A stretch of 64,000 bases of DNA from Candidatus Brevundimonas colombiensis (GTDB lineage Bacteria; Pseudomonadota; Alphaproteobacteria; Caulobacterales; Caulobacteraceae), in the NCBI GenBank assembly GCA_029202665.1, contig CP119326.1:589092-653091 (forward strand), written 5' to 3'. Below, piece after piece: positions 9,294 through 18,749 of the stretch. Under the pieces are notes generated by a model. That model saw only the letters and a program-made list of their open reading frames with translations. It had not been told where the DNA came from and made no database searches. Position numbers and translations under genes: made by a program. The number at the start of each line of letters is the position of its first letter. Position 1 is the first letter of the stretch.

Positions 9294-9910
9294 TGGCGCG
9301 CCGTCGCGGACAGGTGGACGAGAAGAAGAGCGAGGCGATCCTGGACGCCGCCGCCGCCCTGTTCGCCGACAAGGGTCTGCAGGCCAAGATGAACGAGATC
9401 GCCACAAGGGCGGGCGTGTCCAAACAGACGGTCTACAACCGTTTCGCCTCCAAGCTGGAGATCGCCCAGGCCCTGGCCGCCAAACGGGTGGAGGACATCG
9501 TGGCGCCCCTGCGCACCGCCGGCGATCCGCAGACGGTGCTGGAAAACCTGGCCCTGACGTTGCTGAACCGGGTGTGCAGCGCCGACAAGGTGGGTTCGAT
9601 GCGCGGCGTGGCCCTGGTGTCGGTCGAGGCGCCGGACATCGCGCGCGCCATTTATGAATCCGGGCCGCGCCAAAGCCTGAGGGAAATGGCGGCCTGGCTG
9701 GCCGAGCAGACGCGGCTGGGCCGGCTGGATGTGGCCGATCCCGAGCAGGCGGCCGAAATGTTCTCCGGCCTGGTGCTGGGCCACGGCCATCTGCGCGCCA
9801 TGCTGGACGTGCCGCAGTTGGCGCCAGACAAGCGCGCGGCGCGGGCCAGGGAGGCGGCGCGCATCTTCGTGGCCGCCCATAAGCCGTCGTCCAAGGCGAA
9901 GACTTCCTGA
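9293..9910 (+). CDS. TetR/AcrR family transcriptional regulator
   Basis: ATG at 9293 overlaps the emrB stop; AILDAAAALFADKG...IATRAGVSKQTVYNRF HTH. Confidence 0.9.
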   Translation: MARRRGQVDEKKSEAILDAAAALFADKGLQAKMNEIATRAGVSKQTVYNRFASKLEIAQALAAKRVEDIVAPLRTAGDPQTVLENLALTLLNRVCSADKVGSMRGVALVSVEAPDIARAIYESGPRQSLREMAAWLAEQTRLGRLDVADPEQAAEMFSGLVLGHGHLRAMLDVPQLAPDKRAARAREAARIFVAAHKPSSKAKTS

Positions 9911-9957
9911 TCCCGGCGCGCTAGACTCCGCCCATCCTGTAGCCTGAGAGCGTCTTC

Positions 9958-10731
9958 ATGCTGATCCACCTGTCGTCCTGGCCCGAGATCGACGCGCGAC
10001 TGAACGATGGCGGGCCGTTGTCCAGGACGGTGGTCGTGCCGATCGGCTCCAACGAGCAGCACGGGCCGACCGGTCTTCTGGGCACCGACTGGCTGTGTCC
10101 CGAGATCATCGCCCACGAGGCCGAGAAGACCGATGCCAACCTGATCGTGGCCCCGACCTTCAATATCGGCATGGCCCAGCACCATCTGGCCTTCGCCGGC
10201 ACCATATCCTTGCGCCCCTCGACCTTCATGGCGGCGATCACCGACTGGGTCTCGTCGCTGAGCCGACACGGGTTCGAGCGGATCTACTTCCTGAACGGTC
10301 ACGGCGGCAACGTCGCCACCATCGAGGCGACCCTCTCGGAAATCTACGCCGAGTGGAGCTTCGTCGAGGACCAACCCCCCTTCATTCTCAAGTTGAAGAA
10401 CTGGTGGGACCTGCCCGGCGTGCATGGGCTGTGCAACCGCCTGTTCCCGACCGGCCATGGGATGCACGCCACCCCGTCAGAGATCGCGGTCACGCAGGCC
10501 GCCTATCCCGACCGCATCAAGACGGCCGACTACAGCCCCCGGATCGCGCCCAGCGGCCCGATCCGCGACGCCCTGGACTATCGCGCCCGCTTCCCGGACG
10601 GCCGGATCGGCTCGGACCCCGCCCAGGCCAGCCCGGAAAAGGGCCGACAGATCATCGATTCAGCCATCCCCGCCCTGCTCGGCGACGTCGCGGCCTTCGC
10701 CGCCGAAGTCCAGCCGGAGGTCGCGTCCTGA
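9958..10731 (+). CDS. Creatininase / amidohydrolase family protein
   Basis: VVPIGSNEQHGP, GTD, FLNGHGGN and HATPSE metal-binding motifs. Confidence 0.88.
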   Translation: MLIHLSSWPEIDARLNDGGPLSRTVVVPIGSNEQHGPTGLLGTDWLCPEIIAHEAEKTDANLIVAPTFNIGMAQHHLAFAGTISLRPSTFMAAITDWVSSLSRHGFERIYFLNGHGGNVATIEATLSEIYAEWSFVEDQPPFILKLKNWWDLPGVHGLCNRLFPTGHGMHATPSEIAVTQAAYPDRIKTADYSPRIAPSGPIRDALDYRARFPDGRIGSDPAQASPEKGRQIIDSAIPALLGDVAAFAAEVQPEVAS

Positions 10732-11198
10732 GCCGCCGGACCCCCACCGTCGCTGACGCCGCCGTCGTCGGGGCCGAACTGCTGGCCGCCTCCGCCGAGG
10801 TGATCGCGGCCCGCACCGGACGGATGGCGCAGGGGCTGACCAGCGCCAAGGGTCAGGACCTGAAGGAACTGTCGCTGATGGGTTCCGAGAAGGCCGAGGC
10901 CCTGACCGCCTCGGCCGGGGCCGTCGCCGCCAGCGCCGGGGCCATCGGCCGACGTCTGGGTCAAGCCGCAATGGACGAAGGCGCCCTGGCGCTGCAGGCC
11001 GCCGCCGCGATCGGCGGCGCACGCACGCCGGCCCAGGCGGCCGAGGCGCAATTCCGCTATGCCCTGGGATGGTGGAACCGCGCGGCGAACCAGGCCCTGA
11101 CGTTGAACGACGCCCTGATGAGGGCCCAGGCCGATGCGGTCGCGCCGATCCACAAGACCGCCACGGCCAACGCCAAACGGCTGCGCAGGAAGACCTGA
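10728..11198 (+). CDS. Phasin-like (polyhydroxyalkanoate granule) protein; start uncertain, CTG proposed
   Basis: Ala-rich helical ORF (AASAEVIAART...EKAEAL...PIHKTATANAKRL); only plausible start is CTG overlapping the upstream TGA. Confidence 0.6.
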   Translation: MSRRTPTVADAAVVGAELLAASAEVIAARTGRMAQGLTSAKGQDLKELSLMGSEKAEALTASAGAVAASAGAIGRRLGQAAMDEGALALQAAAAIGGARTPAQAAEAQFRYALGWWNRAANQALTLNDALMRAQADAVAPIHKTATANAKRLRRKT

Positions 11199-11221
11199 CG
11201 GCGTCGAAATCGTCGCAGCTC

Positions 11222-11273
11222 GGCTGGTCGTCATTCCAGGGCGCCCGAAGCGGTCGGCAGGGCGACGACAGCC
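11222..11273. repeat. Degenerate palindromic (RPE-like) hairpin
   Basis: GGCTGGTCGTC...GACGACAGCC arms enclosing GTCATTCCAGGGCGCCCGAAG, between convergent genes. Confidence 0.3.
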
Positions 11274-11317
11274 CGGCTTCCCGGCGATGCTCGGCGCCGG
11301 AAGGATGTGCGGTCGAG

Positions 11318-11932
11318 CTAGAGCGGCTCCACCAGCTTCAGCTTGGGCTTCTTGACCTTGGGCGCCTTGGCCGGGCGGTCGGCCTTGCGCGCCGCCTTTT
11401 CGGCCTTCCTTGTTTCCTTCTCGGCCGTCTTCAACGCCTTCTTGGCGGCCTTGGCCTCGGCCTTGGCGGCGTCGGGGGCGGCGTCGGCGGCGGCGGCCAA
11501 CTCGGCCAGTTGCGCCAGGAAGCTCTCGCGCTGCCCCTTGGGCAACAGGCCCATGATCCGCTTGTCCGCCGCCTCGACCAGCGGACGGGCGGCCTCCAGG
11601 CGCTCTGCGCCCTCCGTCGACAGGCGAACCGCCTTGGCGCGCGCGTCCAGGGTCGAACGTTCGCGCTCCAGCAGGCCCTTGGCGGTCATGCGGGTGACCA
11701 GATCGGCCAGGGTCGAACGGTCGATGCCGGTCATGCGGACCAGTTCGGTCTGGGTCAGACCCGCTTTCAGGGACACCGCCTCCAGCACGGCGAACTGACG
11801 CTGGGTCAGCCCGTCCGGTCCCGTCTCTTCCGAATAGATGTCCAGCGCCAACTGCAGGGCGCGATGCATCAGATGGCTGGGCGAGGTTCCCAACGGCCCC
11901 ACCCGTTTCGCCAGCTTACCCGCCTTGACCAT
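11318..11932 (-). CDS. MarR family regulator with Lys/Ala-rich C-terminal tail
   Basis: LTQRQFAVL, GIDRSTLADLV and DARAKAVRLS winged-helix motifs; tail KAEAKAAKKALK...KVKKPKLK. Confidence 0.88.
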   Translation of the reverse strand: MVKAGKLAKRVGPLGTSPSHLMHRALQLALDIYSEETGPDGLTQRQFAVLEAVSLKAGLTQTELVRMTGIDRSTLADLVTRMTAKGLLERERSTLDARAKAVRLSTEGAERLEAARPLVEAADKRIMGLLPKGQRESFLAQLAELAAAADAAPDAAKAEAKAAKKALKTAEKETRKAEKAARKADRPAKAPKVKKPKLKLVEPL

Positions 11933-12053
11933 GAGACCGTCCCCGAATGTTTCGTCCGAACCCGTACCAGCGACGCTTTACGTTTTGACGGGGGAAGTAT
12001 GTAGGTTGTGCGACAATTTGTCTGTAGGCGCGTCGCAGCCGTCCCACCTCACG

Positions 12054-12344
12054 TCAGGCGTCAAACCTGTCCATCAATATATAGGTTCCGGGCTTGGACT
12101 GATGAGCGTCGACCATCGGAACCAGCCGCGTGAAATGGTCGGTCCGGCAGTGGGCGTCCAGCGCCGCCCGGTCCGACCATTCCTCGATGAAGACGAAATG
12201 GCCGGGGTCCTTGTGATCCACAAACAGATCATAGGCGATGCAGCCCGGCTCCTGCCGCGTCCGCTCGATCAATTCGCGATAGAGCGGCAGGACCGCCTCG
12301 ATATGTTCAGGCCTGATGAAGTCCTGGGCGATGACCTTCAGCAC
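12054..12344 (-). CDS. Antibiotic biosynthesis monooxygenase (putative quinol monooxygenase) family protein
   Basis: TRQEPGCIAYDL, FVFIEEW, LDAHCRTDHF. Confidence 0.85.
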   Translation of the reverse strand: MLKVIAQDFIRPEHIEAVLPLYRELIERTRQEPGCIAYDLFVDHKDPGHFVFIEEWSDRAALDAHCRTDHFTRLVPMVDAHQSKPGTYILMDRFDA

Positions 12345-12351
12345 GCGGATT

Positions 12352-13056
12352 TCACAGTCCGGTGTCAGGAGAGATGGGGCCCGGCTGCTCGTCCTTGATC
12401 ATGTTCTTCATGATCAACGGAACCTGCGACAGACCAAAGACCGAGGCCGAAATCCACAGCACGCCGCGGAAGCTGGCCCAGACGTCGTTCGGGTTCGGCG
12501 TATCGCGGCCAAGGGCGTGCCAGATGGCGGTCACGGCGGCGGGGCTGCGGAAGATCTCATTCAGTATGGCGACCGTCAGGAAATAGAGCCCATAGCGCAG
12601 GGTCAGCTTGCGCCACGCCGCGTCATTGACCTTGATCGCCGACCCCAGCAGCGCCTTGAACGGATATTTCTTCAACGGGATCGACCCCAGCAGGATCACG
12701 GCCAGAAGCCCGTTCTGCACCGTCAGCTTCAGCTTCACATACAGGTCGTCGTGGGTGAAGACGGTCAGCAGGCCGAACACCAGGGCGAACAGGCCGGTGA
12801 TCAGCGGCAGGGGCGCGAACCGGCGCTCGACCGCGAACCCGACCGCCAGGGCCACGGCCGATGCGAAGACCAGCACCCAGGTCGCCAGGATCATGTCCCG
12901 GGTGACGAAATAGCTGACCATGAAGGCGGCCAGGGCGCCGAAGTCGACGACCTGCCTTATCCACTGGCGGTTCTTGGGTGCGGACGGGGGCGCGGGAACG
13001 GGGGCGGCGTCAGTCATCTCAGTCTTCCAGTCCCACCAGCGAGCGGGAAAATGCAC
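12352..13056 (-). CDS. ispZ: Inner membrane septation protein A; true start probably MTDAAPV near 13018
   Basis: VDFGALAAF, FGLLTVF, YVKLKLT, WRKLTLRYGLYF, NEIFR; follows ftsY. Confidence 0.85.
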   Translation of the reverse strand: MHFPARWWDWKTEMTDAAPVPAPPSAPKNRQWIRQVVDFGALAAFMVSYFVTRDMILATWVLVFASAVALAVGFAVERRFAPLPLITGLFALVFGLLTVFTHDDLYVKLKLTVQNGLLAVILLGSIPLKKYPFKALLGSAIKVNDAAWRKLTLRYGLYFLTVAILNEIFRSPAAVTAIWHALGRDTPNPNDVWASFRGVLWISASVFGLSQVPLIMKNMIKDEQPGPISPDTGL

Positions 13057-13954
13057 GGGCGTCGAACGGCTGCAGGTCCTCGACCCCCTCGCCCACGCCG
13101 ATCAGCATCAGGGGCGCGTCGGACGCCTGGGCCACGGGGACCAGCACCCCGCCGCGCGCCGTGCCGTCCAGCTTGGTCATGACGACGCCGGTGACGAAGG
13201 CCGTGCGGCCGAAAATCTGCTCCTGGGCCAGGGCGTTCCTGCCCACGGTGGCGTCCAGGACCAGAAGCGTGTCGTGCGGCGCCTCGGGATCGACCTTCTT
13301 CAGCACCCGGACAATCTTGAGCAGTTCATCCATCAGGGCCGACTTGTTCTGCAGCCGTCCGGCCGTGTCGATCAGGACGACGTCGTACCCTTCGGCCCTC
13401 GCCTTCTGATAGGCGTCGAAGGCCAGACCGGCGGCGTCCGCTCCGTCGCGACGGCTTTCGAAATCGGCCCCGGCCCGTTCGGCCCAGACCTTCAGCTGCT
13501 CACGCGCGGCGGCGCGGAAGGTGTCGCCGGCGACGATCATCACCTTGGCGCCCCTGCCGGTCAGGTCGGCGGCGATCTTGCCCAGGGTCGTGGTCTTGCC
13601 CGAGCCGTTCACGCCCACGAACAGGACGACATAGGGTTTGGGGCCGCTCAGCGGGTCAAAGGTCGCCTGACGCGGCGATAGTTCGGCGGCGACCGCCTCG
13701 GCCAACGCCTCCTTGACCTCGCGTTCGGGCGCATCCTTGCCGAACTTCAGGCCGCGAAAACGCTCGACGATGCGGGCCGAGGCGGCGGGGCCAAGATCGC
13801 TTTCCAGCAGATGCTCTTCCAACTGCTCCAGCGAGGCCTCCGACAGGGGTTCCTTGACGAAGGTCGCGACGACCTGATCGGTCATCTGTTTGGAGGAGCG
13901 CGAGAGCCCAGCGGACAGGCGCTGGAACCAGCCTTTTTTCGGCGTGTCGGTCAT
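13019..13954 (-). CDS. ftsY: SRP receptor FtsY (short form without acidic domain)
   Basis: GVNGSGKTTT, AGDTFRAAA, DTAGRLQN, TKLDGTARGG. Confidence 0.97.
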   Translation of the reverse strand: MTDTPKKGWFQRLSAGLSRSSKQMTDQVVATFVKEPLSEASLEQLEEHLLESDLGPAASARIVERFRGLKFGKDAPEREVKEALAEAVAAELSPRQATFDPLSGPKPYVVLFVGVNGSGKTTTLGKIAADLTGRGAKVMIVAGDTFRAAAREQLKVWAERAGADFESRRDGADAAGLAFDAYQKARAEGYDVVLIDTAGRLQNKSALMDELLKIVRVLKKVDPEAPHDTLLVLDATVGRNALAQEQIFGRTAFVTGVVMTKLDGTARGGVLVPVAQASDAPLMLIGVGEGVEDLQPFDARAFSRSLVGLED

Positions 13955-14058
13955 GGGATGGCTTTAGCGATGACGGAGCCGCGCGTCATCCGCATTCGCG
14001 AGAAGACCGCACGGACATAGCGCGCCAGAGGCATTTCGCCACGCCCTCTTCCCCAAGG

Positions 14059-14301
14059 ATGCGCCTGACCTATGACGCCGGCTCCTTGCCCCTGGTCATC
14101 AAGGTCGGCTCCAGCGAAGACACCACCCTGGTCATCAACGGCGCCAACGGCCGCTGGTACTGCGACGACGACAGCGGCGGCGGCGTGGACCCGGCCATCC
14201 GGCTGAACAACCCCGACAGCGGCGTTTATGAAATCTGGGTCGGCGCCTATGCCGACAAACCCGTCTCGGCCACCATCTTCATCACCGAGCTGGCGGATTG
14301 A
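14059..14301 (+). pseudogene. Apparent 5'-truncated copy of the small secreted Caulobacteraceae 'peptidase S1'-annotated (PPC-like) protein
   Basis: Begins MRLTYDAGSLPLVI and contains DTTLVING...WYCDDDS...SGVYEIWVG; no signal peptide. The upstream in-frame sequence does not resemble the expected N-terminal half. Confidence 0.5.
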
Positions 14302-14425
14302 TCCGACGTTCCCCGGTTTCGGCCGGGGGGCGTTTCCGCCTGTGGGGCATCTCGCCCGCGCGCCCGTTTCTCGCCTATATGAGGGCTTGAGGACCGGCGC
14401 GCGCCGGGATCAACGGAAAAGCCCG

Positions 14426-16471
14426 ATGTCCGAACCCCACGCCTTCCATTCGCCCAAGACCCACGGCTTCGTACGGGTGGCGGCGGCGACCCCGATCAGC
14501 CACGTCGGCGACCCCAGGGCCAACGCCGCCGAACATATCGCCCTGATCCGGCAGGCGGGTGAACAGGGCGCGGACCTGATGGTCTTTCCCGAGCTTTCGC
14601 TGTCGGCCTACGCCATCGACGATCTGCACATGCAGGCGGCCCTGCTGGACGAGGTGGAACGGCAGATCGCCGTGCTGGCCGAGACGACGGCGGACGCCGA
14701 TCTGATCTGCGTGGTCGGCGCGCCGATCCGCAGCGGCGACGCCCTGTTCAACTGCGCCGTGGTGATGGGCGGGGGCGAGGTGCTGGGCGTGGTTCCCAAG
14801 ACCTATCTGCCCAACTATCGCGAATATTATGAGAAACGCTGGTTCGCCCCGGCGACGGCGCGGACCGAGGACGTGATCCGTCTGAACGGCGAGACGGTGG
14901 ATTTCGCGCCGGGCCTGATCTTCGAGGCGGCGAACCGGCCGGGCTTCGTTTTCGCGGTCGAAATCTGCGAGGACTATTGGGCGCCGCTGCCGCCCTCGAC
15001 GCGCGCGGCGCTGGCGGGCGCGCGCATCCTCTTGAACCTGTCGGCGTCCAACATCGTCATCGGCAAGGCGGACGAGCGGGCGATGCTGAGCGCCAGCCAT
15101 TCGGCGCGCACCCTGTCAGCCTATGTCTTCGCCGCCTCGGGCTGGGGCGAATCGACCACAGACCTGGCCTGGGACGGTCAGGCGACGATCCACGAACTGG
15201 GCGCCAAACTGGCGGAAGGGCAGCGGTTCGCGCTGGAGAACCATCTGACGATCGCCGACGTGGACGTGGACCGGATCGGGCTGGACCGCCTGCGGAACGG
15301 CACCTTCAGCGAATGCGCCCGGAACGAGGGCGAGGCGGCGACCGTCGTGCCCTTCCTGGCGCGCGAGGACCATGAGGCCAGCGAACTGATCCGGCCGCTG
15401 GACCGCTTCCCCTTCGTGCCCGACGACGCCGGGCGGCTGGATCAGGACTGCTACGAGGCGTTCAACATCCAGGTGCAGGGGCTGATGCGCCGGATGACGG
15501 CGACGGGGGCCAGGTCGCTGGTCATCGGGGTGTCCGGCGGGCTGGATTCGACCCAGGCCCTGCTGGTCGCCTGCCGCGCCTTCGACCGGCTGGACCTGCC
15601 GAGGACCAGCATCCTGGCCTATACGATGCCGGGGTTCGCGACATCGGACGGGACGAAATCCAACGCCTGGGCGCTGATGAACGCGCTGGGCGTGACGGGC
15701 GCCGAGATCGACATTCGCCCCGCCGCCGAACAGATGTTCAAGGACATCGGCCACGCCTACGCCGAGGGTCAGCCGGTCCACGACATCACCTTCGAGAACG
15801 TGCAGGCGGGCCTCAGGACCGACTATCTGTTCCGGCTGGCGAACCAGAACAAGGCGTTCGTCCTGGGGACCGGCGACCTGTCGGAACTGGCGCTGGGCTG
15901 GGCCACCTATGGCGTCGGCGACCATATGAGCCACTATAATGTCAACGGCGGGGTGGCGAAGACGCTGATCCGGCACCTGATCCGCTGGGTGGCGGGGGGC
16001 GACCTGATCGGCGACACGGCGCGCGAGACGCTGCACGCCATTCTGGACACGGAGATTTCGCCCGAACTGGTGCCGGCCAAGGACGGGGTGATCCAGTCGA
16101 CCGAGGGAACGGTCGGCCCCTATGCGCTGAACGACTTCTTCCTCTTCTACATCAGCCGGTTCGGCCTGGCGCCGTCCAAGGTCGCCTTCCTGGCGCATCA
16201 GGCCTGGGGCGACCGGACCGTGGGCGAATGGCCCGCCAATACGCCCGAGAACGAAAAGGTCGACTATGATCTGGCGACCATCAAGGCCTGGCTGAGGAAG
16301 TTCCTGATCCGCTTCTTCCAGACCGCCCAGTTCAAACGCTCGGCCCTGCCCAACGGCCCCAAGGTGGTGACCGGCGGCTCTCTGTCGCCGCGCGGCGACT
16401 GGCGGGCGCCGTCGGACGGCAATGCGCGGGTGTGGCTGGACGAACTGGACGCGAACGTTCCTGACGCCTGA
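14426..16471 (+). CDS. nadE: Glutamine-dependent NAD+ synthetase
   Basis: Nitrilase domain (FPELSL, EYYEKRWF, EICEDYW) plus GVSGGLDST, ENVQAG, GTGDLSE. Confidence 0.96.
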   Translation: MSEPHAFHSPKTHGFVRVAAATPISHVGDPRANAAEHIALIRQAGEQGADLMVFPELSLSAYAIDDLHMQAALLDEVERQIAVLAETTADADLICVVGAPIRSGDALFNCAVVMGGGEVLGVVPKTYLPNYREYYEKRWFAPATARTEDVIRLNGETVDFAPGLIFEAANRPGFVFAVEICEDYWAPLPPSTRAALAGARILLNLSASNIVIGKADERAMLSASHSARTLSAYVFAASGWGESTTDLAWDGQATIHELGAKLAEGQRFALENHLTIADVDVDRIGLDRLRNGTFSECARNEGEAATVVPFLAREDHEASELIRPLDRFPFVPDDAGRLDQDCYEAFNIQVQGLMRRMTATGARSLVIGVSGGLDSTQALLVACRAFDRLDLPRTSILAYTMPGFATSDGTKSNAWALMNALGVTGAEIDIRPAAEQMFKDIGHAYAEGQPVHDITFENVQAGLRTDYLFRLANQNKAFVLGTGDLSELALGWATYGVGDHMSHYNVNGGVAKTLIRHLIRWVAGGDLIGDTARETLHAILDTEISPELVPAKDGVIQSTEGTVGPYALNDFFLFYISRFGLAPSKVAFLAHQAWGDRTVGEWPANTPENEKVDYDLATIKAWLRKFLIRFFQTAQFKRSALPNGPKVVTGGSLSPRGDWRAPSDGNARVWLDELDANVPDA

Positions 16472-16530
16472 GGCGAAATCCCGCGCTTGCCGTATGGATA
16501 TTCGGACCGCCGGGCGCTAGAAGCTTGGCC

Positions 16531-16755
16531 ATGACCGAAGACGTGACCAAAGACTCCAACGGCAACATCCTGGCCGACGGCGACAGCGTGACCCTGATCA
16601 AGGACCTGAAGGTCAAGGGGTCGGGCGGCGTGACGCTGAAGCGCGGCACGATGGTCAAGAACATCCGCTTGACCGGCGATCCCGACGAGATCGAGGCCAA
16701 TGTGGAAAAGGTGCGCGGCCTGGTCCTGCGCACCGAGTTCGTCAAGAAGGCCTAA
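16531..16755 (+). CDS. PhnA/YjdM C-terminal-domain protein (no zinc ribbon)
   Basis: KDSNGNILADGDSVTLIKDLKVKG...LKRGTMVKNIRL. Confidence 0.85.
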   Translation: MTEDVTKDSNGNILADGDSVTLIKDLKVKGSGGVTLKRGTMVKNIRLTGDPDEIEANVEKVRGLVLRTEFVKKA

Positions 16756-16798
16756 AGCCCCCTTTTCAAGCGGGGACGCAGCCGCCATCTAGCGGCCT

Positions 16799-17920
16799 AT
16801 GACCGACACCCTCGCCGCCCCCGCCTCGACCGCTGCGTCCAGCGGAAAAATCCCCGTCACCGTCCTGACCGGCTATCTCGGCGCGGGCAAGACGACGCTG
16901 CTGAACCGGATCCTGACCGAGGACCACGGCAAGCGATACGCCGTCATCGTCAACGAGTTCGGCGAGATCGGCATCGACAACGACCTGGTGGTCGGCGCCG
17001 ACGAGGACGTGTTCGAAATGAACAACGGCTGCGTCTGCTGCACGGTGCGCGGCGACCTGATCCGCGTCGTCGCGGGCCTGATGAAGCGTCAACGCCCCGG
17101 AAAGCCCGCCTTCGACGCCATCATCGTGGAGACGACGGGTCTGGCCGACCCCGGCCCGGTGGCCCAAACCTTCTTCGTCGACGAGGACGTCAAGGCCAAG
17201 ACCCAGTTGGACAGCGTCACCGCCCTGGTCGACGCCAAACATGTGATGGCGCGGCTGGACGATTCGAAAGAGGCGCGCGAACAGGTGGCCTTCGCCGACC
17301 GGATCATCCTGAACAAGGTCGATCTGGCGACGGCGGACGAACTGGACGCGGTCGAGGCGCGTCTGCGGGCGCTGAACCCGCTGGCCCCCATCGTGCGCGC
17401 GGAACGCTCCAACGTGCCGCTGGACCAGGTGCTGGGCCTGCACGCCTTCGACCTGGACCGGATTCTGGAGGTGAAGCCCGACTGGGTGAACCCACCCCAC
17501 GGCGCAGACGGCCATGTGCATGACGAACACTGCGGCCACGACCACCACCATCATGACCATGACCATGGGCATGATCACCACGACCACGACCACGCTCATG
17601 GGGCGCGAGGTCACGCGCACCAGGACGACATCAAGGGCATCTCCCTGTCGCTGGACCGCCCGCTGGACGGGGGCAAGTTCACGGCCTGGCTGGACAAGCT
17701 GCTGGGCGAGCAGGGCCAGAACATCCTTCGCGCCAAGGGCATAATCGACCTGAAGGGCGAGGACCGCCGCCTGGTCTTCCAGGCCGTTCACATGATCCTG
17801 GAAGGCGATCTGCAACGCGAATGGGGCGTCGCCGAACGCCGCTGGAGCCGCGCGGTCTTCATCGGCCGTGATCTGGACGAAGCCGAACTGCGCAAGGGGT
17901 TCGAAGCCTGCGCGGCCTAA
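16799..17920 (+). CDS. CobW/COG0523 metallochaperone GTPase with His-rich insert
   Basis: [37 protein letters not shown]; [10 protein letters not shown] tract. Confidence 0.95.
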   Translation: MTDTLAAPASTAASSGKIPVTVLTGYLGAGKTTLLNRILTEDHGKRYAVIVNEFGEIGIDNDLVVGADEDVFEMNNGCVCCTVRGDLIRVVAGLMKRQRPGKPAFDAIIVETTGLADPGPVAQTFFVDEDVKAKTQLDSVTALVDAKHVMARLDDSKEAREQVAFADRIILNKVDLATADELDAVEARLRALNPLAPIVRAERSNVPLDQVLGLHAFDLDRILEVKPDWVNPPHGADGHVHDEHCGHDHHHHDHDHGHDHHDHDHAHGARGHAHQDDIKGISLSLDRPLDGGKFTAWLDKLLGEQGQNILRAKGIIDLKGEDRRLVFQAVHMILEGDLQREWGVAERRWSRAVFIGRDLDEAELRKGFEACAA

Positions 17921-17980
17921 CGGCCCCGCCACTTTTCCGCCCCACTCTCTCCGCAGCCTGGAGTTAGGCGGAGAGAAACC

Positions 17981-18703
17981 ATGAAGCGATTGATTCTGGC
18001 GGCCTGCATGGCTCTGCTGTGCGGCTGTTCGACCTATACGACGCCCGGCGCCGGTGTCGAACTGGGCGCGATCACCGAGGCGGATGGCGACATCGCTGCG
18101 GCTTTTGCGCGTCAACCGGCCGTTGTCTTCCCCGCTCGGCTGGCCGTCGCGCGCGTCGCTTCAGCCGGCTATCGAACCGCATCCAACAGCAGCATCGGCA
18201 ATGGCGCGTTCGGCATCGTCACGACACGGGATATCGAGACGGACGAAAGTCTCGCGCGGCTGGCGCAGATGCCGCGGATTTCCGGCGTCGCCCCGGTAAG
18301 TCGTCTTCTGGTCTCGCCAGACCTGAAGGACACCCGCGACTTGCGCGCCGCCGCCGCCCAGCTGAGGGCGGACGTCATACTCATCTATACGATCGACACC
18401 CGCTTCCGCACCGAGAGCGCAGCTTTGGGGCCCCTGCAAACCATCGCTCTCGGTTTTCTGCCCAGCAAGAAGGCGGTCGTGAACGCCACCTGCGCCTTCA
18501 TCCTCATCGATGTGCGAACCGGCTTTGTTTACGGAACAGGCGAGACGACGGCGACCGAGGATCAGCGTTCCAATGTCTGGGGCAGCGAGAACGCTATCGA
18601 GGCGGCGCGCCTGAGGGCCGAACGCAAGGCGTTCGAAGACGGCCTGGGCGAAGTCGCCAAGCTCTGGTCATCCGTGGTCGCAACGCATGGCGGCCAAGGC
18701 TGA
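17981..18703 (+). CDS. Hypothetical lipoprotein
   Basis: MKR plus hydrophobic core and LLCG|C lipobox; GGAGAGA RBS; many A/T-ending codons relative to neighbours. Confidence 0.75.
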   Translation: MKRLILAACMALLCGCSTYTTPGAGVELGAITEADGDIAAAFARQPAVVFPARLAVARVASAGYRTASNSSIGNGAFGIVTTRDIETDESLARLAQMPRISGVAPVSRLLVSPDLKDTRDLRAAAAQLRADVILIYTIDTRFRTESAALGPLQTIALGFLPSKKAVVNATCAFILIDVRTGFVYGTGETTATEDQRSNVWGSENAIEAARLRAERKAFEDGLGEVAKLWSSVVATHGGQG

Positions 18704-18749
18704 GGAAACGCTAAGACCGCCGGATCGCTCCAGCGGTTTCTATCTTCGA

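Noticed and set aside
17515-17630. CAC/GAC/CAT-rich repeat
   Set aside because: It encodes the normal His-rich insert of the COG0523 protein.
17915-17969. Integron attC site (GCCTAAC...GTTAGGC with the cobW stop codon in the left core)
   Set aside because: The core sites match, but the inner sequence has no complementary L''/L' boxes. There is no second attC after the lipoprotein gene and no integrase.
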